Counted from the stretch's first letter, positions 1-10,442 are shown. The stretch: DNA of 32,000 bases from Edaphobacter aggregans (GCF_003945235.1 NZ_RSDW01000001.1:3570001-3602000), one strand, 5' to 3'. A program made the numbers and translations. Notes: generated by a model not told the origin, from the sequence alone.

Positions 1-609
1 AATAAATATCACCACAGCACACAGATTCGCGAGGCAGGCCGCCAGCACTTTCAGCGAGTTCAGCGCATGCATCTCTTCCACGCCAAACAGCGCCAGCGCG
101 GTCATGATCAAAAAACCCGATCCCGCCCCAAAGTACCCAATGTAGAAACTCACCGGCAGCAACACAAAGAACAGCGGCACCAAAGCCGGAGTTCTCGGCA
201 AATGCGGCTCAGCCGACCTCCTCCGCAGCCACTGCGACACCGGCCCGCTAACCCAGAACAGCAGCGAAGCTATCAGCAGCAGCCAGGGCACAAGATGCAG
301 AAACGTCATCTGCCCGGTCTTCAGCAGCACCACCGCTCCGCTTACCCCACCCAGAATCGCAGCCCCGCACACCACCGGCAGCAGGTCCCGACGCAAATCC
401 CCACGCAACGCAGCCACCGAGGTCAACTGTCCCGGCCACAGCGCCACCGTGTTGGTCGCATTCGCCTGAATCGGCAGCACGCCCATAGCCAGCATCGCCG
501 GAAATGAAAGGAACGATCCCCCTCCCGCCATAGCGTTCATCACCCCCGCAACCAACGAGGCGGTCACTAGCCACACGTAATGCCAATGCAAGTTGAATCC
601 CGCTATCAT
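1..609 (-). CDS. TauE/SafE (DUF81) family anion/sulfite exporter permease, N-terminal 203 codons; 3' end lies beyond the left edge
   Basis: Absent from the ORF track because it runs off the edge. The reverse-strand frame from ATG (609-607) is open to position 1. GGAAGA lies just upstream and an in-frame TGA at 633-631 blocks longer starts. Reads MIAGFNLHWHYVWLVTASLVAGVMNAMAGGGSFLSFPAMLAMGVLPIQANATNTVALWPGQ...: multi-span hydrophobic, with the GGGSF and ANATN-type motifs I associate with TauE/SafE permeases. Confidence 0.8.
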   Translation of the reverse strand, partial: MIAGFNLHWHYVWLVTASLVAGVMNAMAGGGSFLSFPAMLAMGVLPIQANATNTVALWPGQLTSVAALRGDLRRDLLPVVCGAAILGGVSGAVVLLKTGQMTFLHLVPWLLLIASLLFWVSGPVSQWLRRRSAEPHLPRTPALVPLFFVLLPVSFYIGYFGAGSGFLIMTALALFGVEEMHALNSLKVLAACLANLCAVVIFI

Positions 610-643
610 CCATCTTCCATTGTATCGGCTTCACGACCGACCG

Positions 644-669
644 CGGATCACACGGATCAGCGCGGATCA
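644..669. repeat. Three tandem direct copies of CGGATCA (644-650, 653-659, 663-669; spacing 9 then 10 bp)
   Basis: Read directly from the sequence ccgCGGATCAcaCGGATCAgcgCGGATCAaaag, in the intergenic region 35-60 bp upstream of the TauE start. Confidence 0.7.
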
Positions 670-715
670 AAAGACAGACAGAAGCTCTTGTTCTTCACCT
701 CTTTGCCTGTTTTGG

Positions 716-742
716 ATCGGTGTCATCGGTGTAAATCGGTGT
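716..742. repeat. Three tandem direct copies of ATCGGTGT (716-723, 725-732, 735-742; spacing 9 then 10 bp)
   Basis: Read directly from the sequence ggATCGGTGTcATCGGTGTaaATCGGTGTtaag, in the same intergenic region 107-133 bp upstream of the TauE start. Confidence 0.7.
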
Positions 743-801
743 TAAGTATTTACTCGGCGGCGGCGCTCCAGCTAACGGCTCGAAGATGCATTTAATCCGT
801 T

Positions 802-1587
802 TTATCCGTGCAATCCGCGGTCGCCCGGCATCTCCGGAGTAGCCGCAATCAATCGCCGCGTGTACTCATGCGCCGGCTTCTCACAAACCTGCGCACACTC
901 CCCCAGTTCCACCAGTCGCCCACGCTGCATCACCGCCACCCGATCACACAAATACCGTACCAGCGGCATCGAATGCGAAATAAACAAATAAGTCAGCCCA
1001 TACTGCCGCTGCAAATCCCGCAGCAGATTCACCACCTGCGCCCCCACGCTTACATCCAGCGCACTCACCGGCTCATCCAGCACCACAAACTCCGGCCTTA
1101 GCGCCAGCGCCCGAGCAATATTGATCCGCTGCCTCTGCCCTCCACTAAACTCATGCGGATACCGTTCCAGAGCCGACTCATCCAACCCAACCTCACGCAG
1201 CATCACCACCAACTGATCCCTGTTCCCTGATCCCTGTTCCCTATGAATAGCAAACGGCTCCGCCAGAATCTCCCTCACCCGCATCCTTGGATTCAGCGCC
1301 GCAAACGGATCCTGAAACACCACCTGCATCCGCCGCCGCATCTCTCTCATCTCACCCGAGCTCGCAGCCAGCAGATCGACGCCTCCATACCGCACCTCGC
1401 CCGCCGTAGGTTCTACCAATCGCAGCAGCATCCGCGCCACCGTACTCTTACCCGACCCCGACTCCCCCACCAAACCCAGCGTCTCCCCGCGTCGTATCGC
1501 AAACGAAACATCGTCCACCACCCGCGCCCCCGTGCCGTACTGCTTCACCAGCCCCCGCGTCTGCACCAATACATCATCCATCGCCAT
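802..1587 (-). CDS. ABC transporter ATP-binding protein, dipeptide/oligopeptide (DppF/OppF-like) type
   Basis: 261-aa ORF with Walker A GESGSGKST, Q-loop VFQDP, ABC signature FSGGQRQR, Walker B FVVLDEP and H-loop ISHS. Confidence 0.9.
   Translation of the reverse strand: MAMDDVLVQTRGLVKQYGTGARVVDDVSFAIRRGETLGLVGESGSGKSTVARMLLRLVEPTAGEVRYGGVDLLAASSGEMREMRRRMQVVFQDPFAALNPRMRVREILAEPFAIHREQGSGNRDQLVVMLREVGLDESALERYPHEFSGGQRQRINIARALALRPEFVVLDEPVSALDVSVGAQVVNLLRDLQRQYGLTYLFISHSMPLVRYLCDRVAVMQRGRLVELGECAQVCEKPAHEYTRRLIAATPEMPGDRGLHG
1215..1242. repeat. Perfect head-to-tail duplication of the 14-mer GATCCCTGTTCCCT inside the ABC ATPase CDS
   Basis: Units at 1215-1228 and 1229-1242 are identical. 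They encode ...REQGSGNRDQ... on the minus strand. Confidence 0.8.
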
Positions 1588-1624
1588 AGCCGGATGCTAC
1601 CATCCAAAAAACGTCTGCAAAAAC

Positions 1625-2371
1625 ATGGAACGAACCCATACCCCTCGATCAGCAACCAGCCTCACCGGCAAGACCGCCCTCGTCACCGGAGCTAGTGCCG
1701 GAATAGGCCGAGCTACGGCTATCGCGCTAGCCCATCACGGAGCCAACCTGGTCGTCACCGCCCGCCGCGAAGACCGACTCCGTCAGCTTTGCGACCACAT
1801 CGAATCCACCGGCGCCAAAGCCGTCTTCCACGCCGGGGACGCCTCCCGCGACGACACCGCCCGCCAGACCGTAGCCCTCGCCATCGCCGCCTTTGGCCAC
1901 CTCGACATCCTCATCAACAACGCCGGTGCAGGGAACTACAAAAACCTCGTCGACACCACCGTCGAGGATTACGACACCCTCATGGACGCCAACATGAAGT
2001 CCAGCTTTCTCTTTTCCCGCCACGCCGCACCCCTCATGATTGAGCAGCGATCCGGCACCATCCTCTTCATCTCCTCCGTCGCAGGCCTGCAAGGAGCCCC
2101 CGGCGAATCCGTCTACTGCGCCACCAAGTTCGCTCAGGCCGGCTTCTCTCAATCGCTCGACGCGGAACTCCGCAAGCACAATATCAAAGTCGGAACCATC
2201 TTCCCAGGAGGCGTCAAAACTGAGTTCGCCCTCGGGAAAGGCCGCACCGAAGAGACCATCCGCAACTCCACTATGATGGACCCCGCCGAAGTAGCCGAAG
2301 CCATCGTCTTCGCCTGCCTCCAGCCTCCCAACCTACGTATCCCCCAGATGACCATTCGCCACATGGGCTGA
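1625..2371 (+). CDS. SDR family oxidoreductase
   Basis: TGASAGIGRA cofactor motif, NNAG, and catalytic YCATK (YxxxK). Start placed at ATG 1625 (MERTHTP...) rather than the track's GTG 1532, which would overlap the divergent ABC gene. Confidence 0.85.
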   Translation: MERTHTPRSATSLTGKTALVTGASAGIGRATAIALAHHGANLVVTARREDRLRQLCDHIESTGAKAVFHAGDASRDDTARQTVALAIAAFGHLDILINNAGAGNYKNLVDTTVEDYDTLMDANMKSSFLFSRHAAPLMIEQRSGTILFISSVAGLQGAPGESVYCATKFAQAGFSQSLDAELRKHNIKVGTIFPGGVKTEFALGKGRTEETIRNSTMMDPAEVAEAIVFACLQPPNLRIPQMTIRHMG

Positions 2372-2376
2372 GTCCA

Positions 2377-4299
2377 TCAATCCAGATTCGGATACATCCG
2401 ATGGAACCCCGTAGCCTCCTGATAAGCCCGCGCAAAAGCTGCCAGCCGGGCATCCGAGTACAACCCACCCAAAAATGTCAGTGACACCGGAGTCCCCGGT
2501 CCGCCCACATTATCCCGCCCTCCATCCTCATCGCTCTCCGGCTTCGGAGCGTCTTCGCCCCGCACACCATTCGGCACAATCACGGCAGGATGCCCCGTCA
2601 AATTCGTCCCCGACAACTGCGCACCGCCGCCAGGAGTCACAATCACATCCACCTCAGCAAACACCTTCTCCATCGCCTCAATCGCCAGCATCCGCGCCCG
2701 CTGCGCCTGCACATAATCCACCGCCGAATAAAGCCGAGCTATCCGAAACTGATTCGGCCAATCACCTGGCTTCTGTCCCGTAAGCAGTTTGTCCCTCCCA
2801 CTCAGAGTCAGCTCATCAAAAGCCGCAGCAGCCTCCGCGCCCAGCACTGGAGTGATATCGCCAAAGTGATACCCCTTCGGCATCGCCACCGGAACCAGCG
2901 TCACCCCCATCTTCTTCAGCCCAGCGATAGCCGCCTGTCCATACTTCGCATCGTAGATCTGCCGCGCATGGCCCCTCTTCTGCACGTCCGTCGCATCCGC
3001 CGCCAGCGCAGGCACCTCAAACTCGGTATTCAGATATCCCACCCGCAACTTCTTCCAATCGAACTCCGCATCCCAATTGAACGCCGCATCCTTCACGCTG
3101 CGATCATGCCCATCTGGCCCATAGATCGCGCTCATCACCAGCGCACAGTCTTCAACACTTCTGCAGATCGGCCCAATCTTATCCATCGTCCAGCTCAAAG
3201 CCATCGCACCCGTCCGCGGCACAAACCCAAACGTAGGCCGCAACCCCGTCACGCCGCACCGAGCACTAGGCGCCGAAATCGACCCCAGCGTCTCCGTCCC
3301 AATCGCAAACCCCACGCACCCAGCCGACACCGCACTAGCACTCCCCGCCGACGACCCACTCGACCCCTGCCGTGCATTCCACGGATTCCGCGTCCGCGCC
3401 CCAAACCAAAGATCCCCCTGCGCCAGCGCCCCCATCGTCAACTTCGCCACCAACACCGCACCCGCCTCATCCAGACGCTTGACCACCGTAGCGTCATAAT
3501 CAAACGTCTGTTCCTCAAATCCTCCCGCACCCCACGTAGTCCGATACCCCTTCACCGCGAGCAAATCCTTAGCACCCCACGGAATCCCATGCAGCGGCCC
3601 GCGATACTTACCCGCAGCAATCTCCTTATCCGCTGCCGCAGCCTGAGCAAGCGCCCGCTCTTCCGTCAGCGTAATCACAAAATGTAACCGTGGATCGTAC
3701 TTTTTCAACCGCTCCAGATAGATCTTCGTCAACGCAACCGAAGTCAGTTTGCGCGTCTTCAAAAGTTCCGCCAGTTCACGAACCGTCCCGAACGCGTACC
3801 CATCTTCACGGCTGTGGTCGCCTGCGTACCTACCAGTTTTGGCATCGATAGCACCTGCCAGCCCCCAGTCGAGTCCAAAAGCGCTCACATCCGGAGTTCC
3901 ACTCATCCGCATAGGCTTCCGCTCCGTATCCAGCTTCATCCCGGCCGGCGCCGGATCGAACACAAACGCCGGGGCCACGCTATTCGGAATCTTCATCGTC
4001 CGAATCACCGCCACCGAATCCCGCTGCTTGGTCAGCCCCTCCAGCATCATCGCTTTCTGATCCGCCGTCAGAGTCACCCCGGCAATCGCGGCCGCCGCAT
4101 CAATCATCTCCGGCGAAATCTTCGGCATCGCATGAGCATCCATCCCCGCCCGTTGCCCCGACGCACTCCCACCAGCCGTTTGCGCCTGGGCCGCCATCCC
4201 AAACAAAACCCCAGGCAGCAGTGTCTGCCCTAGCCCCACCGCCGAACAAACCCCAAGAAACCGCCGCCGATCCATCAACCCAGATTGTCCGCTCATCAT
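2377..4299 (-). CDS. Amidase-signature family amidase with twin-arginine (Tat) signal peptide
   Basis: Amidase signature GSSGSSAGSASAV with upstream WGAKD lysine. N-terminus MMSGQSGLMDRRRFLGVCSAVGLG is a Tat motif. GGAGGA lies immediately upstream of the tandem ATGs (4299/4296). The track's longer start at 4443 would overlap the upstream gene. Confidence 0.85.
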   Translation of the reverse strand: MMSGQSGLMDRRRFLGVCSAVGLGQTLLPGVLFGMAAQAQTAGGSASGQRAGMDAHAMPKISPEMIDAAAAIAGVTLTADQKAMMLEGLTKQRDSVAVIRTMKIPNSVAPAFVFDPAPAGMKLDTERKPMRMSGTPDVSAFGLDWGLAGAIDAKTGRYAGDHSREDGYAFGTVRELAELLKTRKLTSVALTKIYLERLKKYDPRLHFVITLTEERALAQAAAADKEIAAGKYRGPLHGIPWGAKDLLAVKGYRTTWGAGGFEEQTFDYDATVVKRLDEAGAVLVAKLTMGALAQGDLWFGARTRNPWNARQGSSGSSAGSASAVSAGCVGFAIGTETLGSISAPSARCGVTGLRPTFGFVPRTGAMALSWTMDKIGPICRSVEDCALVMSAIYGPDGHDRSVKDAAFNWDAEFDWKKLRVGYLNTEFEVPALAADATDVQKRGHARQIYDAKYGQAAIAGLKKMGVTLVPVAMPKGYHFGDITPVLGAEAAAAFDELTLSGRDKLLTGQKPGDWPNQFRIARLYSAVDYVQAQRARMLAIEAMEKVFAEVDVIVTPGGGAQLSGTNLTGHPAVIVPNGVRGEDAPKPESDEDGGRDNVGGPGTPVSLTFLGGLYSDARLAAFARAYQEATGFHRMYPNLD

Positions 4300-4337
4300 T
4301 CCTCCATAATTTGCAAAGCAACGCCAACCTCGGCGGT

Positions 4338-5717
4338 CTAGTATTCGTCCTCGTCGCCAGCCGACGCAGCGCCCGCTGGAACCGCCGGCTGCGGCACAGA
4401 AACCCCATCGCGCTTGTACACCCGTCCACCCTTCATAACCCAATCCACGTGCTCCATCACCGTGATGTCCTTCAGCGGATCGCCTTTGACTGCAATCAAG
4501 TCGGCGAACCGCCCCGGCTGAATCGACCCCGCATCTGCCGAAACCCCAAGCAAATCCGCAGCATTATGCGTCGCCGTCATAATAGCGTCAGCAGGAGTCA
4601 TGCCTGCGCCCACCATCAGCGTGAACTCATGTGCATTCGCGCCCGACGACGTATCCGTCCCGAACGCGATCTTCACACCGGCCTTATACGCTCCGCTGAA
4701 CATCCCCTTCATCAGCGGCGTTACCTCCAACGCCTTCTGCGCGCTCGACGGATTCAGTTGCTCCGGATGCAACCGCGCCGTCTCGTTCACCTGATCCGCA
4801 ACGAGCAGCGTAGGTACCAGGTACGTCCCATGCTCGATAAACAGTTTGTAGCTCTCCGCATCTGCGTATGTCCCGTGCTCAATCGAGTCCACGCCCAGCC
4901 GTATCGCATTATCAATCGCCGACTTCCCATGCGCATGCGCCGCCACTTTCATGCCCAGGTTGTGCGCCGTATCGATCACGGCCTTGATCTCCTCATTCGT
5001 CATCGTCTGGACCTTGGGATCATCGCCGATCGAGAGCACCCCACCCGAAGGCATAATCTTGATCAACTCCGCCCCACGCCGCCTGTGCTCTCGAACCTGC
5101 TTCATCGCCTCTACCGGTCCATCCACCACACTTCCGCCCCAGCTCGCATTCGTCCACGCCGGATCGATTCCGTTACGCGGATCACTATGTCCTCCGCTCG
5201 AGCTCAACGGCTCCAGCGACACTTGAATGCGTGGCCCCACCGCCCATCCATGATCGATCGCCCGCTTCAGCGCCAGGTCAGCGCCATCGCTCGAACCCAT
5301 ATTGCGCACACTCGTGAATCCCTCTTCCAGCAGCTTCCTAGCATTCGCTGCCGAGCCGATAGCCGTCTCCATCTCGCTCACCGTCAGTCGCGTTTGAAAC
5401 GGATTCAACCCCAGCCTCGGCGCGCCCCCCATATGTTTATGCGCGTCAATCAAGCCCGGCAACAGAACCTCATCGCCCAGCTCGATCACCTCAGCGCCAT
5501 CCACATTCGAAGTGCCCGACTTCACCGAAGTGATGCGCCCACCCTGAAGCACCACAGTCACCGGCCCCTGCATCTGCTTGGACACGCCATCCAGCATGTG
5601 CGCCGCATGAATAACGATCGTCTTAGCTGACCCGGACTGCGTCTGTCCACCTGAACTCACAACCGCACCTACACATAGAGAAAAGGCAGCGAAAGTCTTC
5701 CAACGCAGCTCGAGCAT
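4338..5717 (-). CDS. Metal-dependent amidohydrolase family protein, secreted (Sec signal)
   Basis: LPGLIDAHKH (HxH metal motif) and later conserved H/D residues of the amidohydrolase fold. N-terminus MLELRWKTFAAFSLCVGAVVSS looks like a signal peptide. GGAGAT sits 7 nt upstream of ATG 5717. Confidence 0.85.
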   Translation of the reverse strand: MLELRWKTFAAFSLCVGAVVSSGGQTQSGSAKTIVIHAAHMLDGVSKQMQGPVTVVLQGGRITSVKSGTSNVDGAEVIELGDEVLLPGLIDAHKHMGGAPRLGLNPFQTRLTVSEMETAIGSAANARKLLEEGFTSVRNMGSSDGADLALKRAIDHGWAVGPRIQVSLEPLSSSGGHSDPRNGIDPAWTNASWGGSVVDGPVEAMKQVREHRRRGAELIKIMPSGGVLSIGDDPKVQTMTNEEIKAVIDTAHNLGMKVAAHAHGKSAIDNAIRLGVDSIEHGTYADAESYKLFIEHGTYLVPTLLVADQVNETARLHPEQLNPSSAQKALEVTPLMKGMFSGAYKAGVKIAFGTDTSSGANAHEFTLMVGAGMTPADAIMTATHNAADLLGVSADAGSIQPGRFADLIAVKGDPLKDITVMEHVDWVMKGGRVYKRDGVSVPQPAVPAGAASAGDEDEY

Positions 5718-5816
5718 GGGATATCTCCGGAACAAATTGATTTCACGAATCCACCGAGTATAGACCATGCGGACTTGTTGTCAGTCCGCAGTCGCACCAC
5801 ACTTCATCCCAAAGGA

Positions 5817-5842
5817 AAACCCCGCCATCTTCAGCGGGGTTT
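5817..5842 (-). terminator. Intrinsic terminator downstream of gyrB
   Basis: 9-bp stem AAACCCCGC/GCGGGGTTT with an 8-nt loop. On the minus strand it is followed by TTTTCCTTT. It lies 26 bp after the gyrB stop. Confidence 0.6.
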
Positions 5843-5867
5843 CAAATGAAAATTGTTCCGAACTGCG

Positions 5868-8618
<2,751 letters not shown>

Positions 8619-8984
8619 TTAAGTATAGCACGGAAAGGGTCTCTTCGATATCCCCCGACACCATCTCGGCACCCCCCTCAAACCCTCTCTTTTCTGTCAC
8701 ATCTGCACGCTCTTTTTGCCGTCGTCCACGTTCCCAAAAAGCAGACCTGACCAACGCAGTCGCGGGCCCTTGTCCAACGGAAATGCCAGTAGCGGCCCGC
8801 ACAAATCGCACTTCGAGCAACGATAAAGTCCCGCATTCGACCTATTGCCCTCGGTGGCCTTGAGTAACCAAAAATTCGCAATAGACGTAACTGTTATTTC
8901 CGTTCTGAGGTCACCTGAAGTAACCCAAAAGTGGTACTCCCCTCCCACCCGCGGATTGCTATCTTCTTTTCACGAGGTGAAGTA

Positions 8985-9245
8985 ATGAAATTGAATCGTT
9001 TGATAATGGTTTCTCTAGTTGGATTATCTTTAGCTACCCCGGCATTGGCGTGTGAACCGGGCAAGGGTAGTATCTTCTCGTTCTTTCACCACAGCGACTG
9101 CGACCACGACAAAGACTCCAGCCAGAATCACGACCGCGATAAAGACAAGGACTCCCATCACGACTGCTCCGGTGGCGGGCACTCTGGTGGCGGTTCCAGC
9201 TCCGGCGGCGGCGGCTCAACGCAACCCACCAAAGGCACCGTCTGA
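8985..9245 (+). CDS. Small (86 aa) secreted or lipid-anchored His/Asp/Cys/Gly-rich protein, function unknown
   Basis: GAGGTGA SD 4 nt upstream of ATG 8985. Signal peptide MKLNRLIMVSLVGLSLATPALA followed by Cys. Mature part is CEPGKGSIFSFFHHSDCDHDKDSSQNHDRDKDKDSHHDCSGGGHSGGGSSSGGGGSTQPTKGTV. A dedicated terminator lies downstream. I recognise no homologous family. Confidence 0.55.
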   Translation: MKLNRLIMVSLVGLSLATPALACEPGKGSIFSFFHHSDCDHDKDSSQNHDRDKDKDSHHDCSGGGHSGGGSSSGGGGSTQPTKGTV

Positions 9246-9350
9246 TCCTTCTTCGGGCCATGTCCGAAATTCTGTCAAGCCCATCGACGATAAAACTACT
9301 TTAGAATAAGCAACATAAGCCTTTCGAAACTGTTGCAGGTCAACAGAGAG

Positions 9351-9378
9351 TAGCCCCGAACAGCAAAGTTCGGGGCTA
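9351..9378 (+). terminator. Intrinsic terminator after the small secreted-protein gene
   Basis: 11-bp perfect stem TAGCCCCGAAC/GTTCGGGGCTA with a 6-nt loop, followed by TCTCGTTTTGCG. Confidence 0.6.
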
Positions 9379-9486
9379 TCTCGTTTTGCGATGAATATTT
9401 CCCCATAAACTATCTGAATGCAATATGTTAGCGAAATTTAGTGCTATATCATTGCATACATTGCACGTGATAGTGAGCAAGAAGGA

Positions 9487-9518
9487 GCGGAGTACATGCG
9501 AAAGCAGTCAAACTCCGC
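9487..9518 (+). promoter_or_regulatory. Leader hairpin upstream of rpmI (7-bp outer stem, inner 3-bp stem capped by a GAAA tetraloop)
   Basis: GCGGAGT (9487-9493) pairs with ACTCCGC (9512-9518). The inner TGC-GAAA-GCA is at 9497-9506. The structure overlaps an AAGGAG (9482-9487) and an ATG (9496). Confidence 0.3.
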
Positions 9519-9593
9519 GCAACCCAACAGATTTGCCCAAAACTCATATATACTCAGAAGGTTGTCCAAAGCAGCACTTCGTTAGGAATCTCA

Positions 9594-9791
9594 ATGCCAA
9601 AGTTGAAGACACACAGCGGCGCGGCCAAGCGCTTCAAGAAGACCGGCACCGGCAAGTTCAAGCGCGGCCAGTCCAAGATGCGCCACATCCTCACTTCGAA
9701 GGCGACCAAGACCAAGAAGAAACTCGGTCGGATCGTTCTCGTCTCCGAAGCGGATACCGCGAAGGTCGCACGGATGCTTCCCTACGCGTAA
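9594..9791 (+). CDS. rpmI: 50S ribosomal protein L35
   Basis: 65 aa, [36 protein letters not shown]..., the canonical L35 sequence. Confidence 0.95.
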   Translation: MPKLKTHSGAAKRFKKTGTGKFKRGQSKMRHILTSKATKTKKKLGRIVLVSEADTAKVARMLPYA

Positions 9792-9975
9792 AGCGTAAAG
9801 GAGTCGTTCGATAGAGTCTTTCCAATCGAGCCGTCCCGAAACGGGCGAAGGGCCAGAAAAGCGTATCGGCCCCTGGAGCAGCGCAAGCGCTCCACTGAGA
9901 TCGGAAGTAGTAAGCGAGTGAAGAGGCCACCTTGCCTCCAGCCGCTCAAACGATGTACGCAAAAGGAGAAGTACG
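9792..9975 (+). promoter_or_regulatory. Structured 184-nt rpmI-rplT spacer (candidate L20 autoregulatory or processing element)
   Basis: At least four hairpins: CCCG-AAA-CGGG (9835-9845); GGGCC/GGCCC (9850-9872); GGAGC(A)GC-GCAA-GCGCTCC with a GNRA loop (9875-9893); GAGGC/GCCTC (9923-9938). The rplT SD AAGGAG is at 9963-9968. Confidence 0.3.
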
Positions 9976-10359
9976 ATGCCCCGTGTAAAACGGAGTACAA
10001 AACGCAGCGACCGCCGCAAAAAGATCCTCAAGCGCGCGAGTGGCTACTTCCTCACCAAGTCCAAGCTCTATCAGGCAGCCCAGGAAGCCGTCGAGCGCGG
10101 CCTCATGTTCGCCTATACTGGTCGTAAGCAGAAGAAGCGTCAGTTCCGCTCCCTCTGGATCGTTCGAATCGGCGCCGCCGCCAAGCTGAACGGCATGAGC
10201 TATTCGACCTTCATCAACGGCCTCAAGAAGGCAGGCAACCAACTCGACCGCAAGGTCCTCGCCGACATCGCCGCCAACGACCCCGCGGGCTTCACCACCC
10301 TCACGGTTCAGGCCAAGGCAGCCCTCAATGCAGCCAAGTCAGCAAAGGTCGCAGCATAA
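9976..10359 (+). CDS. rplT: 50S ribosomal protein L20
   Basis: 127 aa, [65 protein letters not shown]..., the canonical L20 sequence. Confidence 0.95.
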   Translation: MPRVKRSTKRSDRRKKILKRASGYFLTKSKLYQAAQEAVERGLMFAYTGRKQKKRQFRSLWIVRIGAAAKLNGMSYSTFINGLKKAGNQLDRKVLADIAANDPAGFTTLTVQAKAALNAAKSAKVAA

Positions 10360-10382
10360 CGTAACCGTCATCGCAGCTCTGG

Positions 10383-10406
10383 AAGGCACGGCAGCCGCCG
10401 TGCCTT
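10383..10406 (+). terminator. Intrinsic terminator after rplT
   Basis: 10-bp stem AAGGCACGGC/GCCGTGCCTT with a 4-nt loop, followed by TCTTTTC. Confidence 0.7.
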
Positions 10407-10442
10407 TCTTTTCGCCCGTAACAGATTCCAGCGAAAGAAGCA

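Noticed and set aside
67-670. Track ORFs 67..507 (+) and 248..670 (-) at the left edge
   Set aside because: Both are low-complexity (Arg/Gln/His/Pro-rich or Gly/Ala-rich). The third minus-strand frame, ending at ATG 609, encodes a convincing TauE/SafE membrane protein that the track missed because it has no stop in the window.
644-742. Short direct repeats considered as a CRISPR-like array
   Set aside because: The units are only 7-8 bp with 1-3 bp between them and three copies each. This is far below CRISPR repeat and spacer sizes, and no cas genes are present.
1215-1242. 14-bp duplication as evidence that the ABC ATPase is a frameshifted pseudogene
   Set aside because: Walker A, Q-loop, signature, Walker B and H-loop are all in one continuous frame of normal length (261 aa), so the gene reads as intact.
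1532-1624. Longer GTG start for the first SDR; likewise the long track starts at 4443, 5768, 8582, 16309, 17247 and 29249
   Set aside because: The N-terminal extensions overlap neighbouring genes or hairpins and lack SD sequences. They also precede internal ATGs that carry good SDs and the expected signal peptides or family N-termini.
4221-5630. 469-aa plus-strand ORF opposite the amidohydrolase, and 2590..3687 (365 aa) opposite the amidase
   Set aside because: These are Arg/His/Pro/Leu-rich low-complexity translations with no motifs. The opposite strand carries the HxH amidohydrolase and amidase-signature motifs plus signal peptides and SD sequences.
9425-9814. 129-aa ORF spanning the rpmI leader and rpmI itself in another frame; also a hidden infC upstream of rpmI
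   Set aside because: The ORF overlaps canonical L35 out of frame and has no motif. Only 208 bp lie between the upstream terminator and rpmI, which is too short for the more than 170 aa of IF3.
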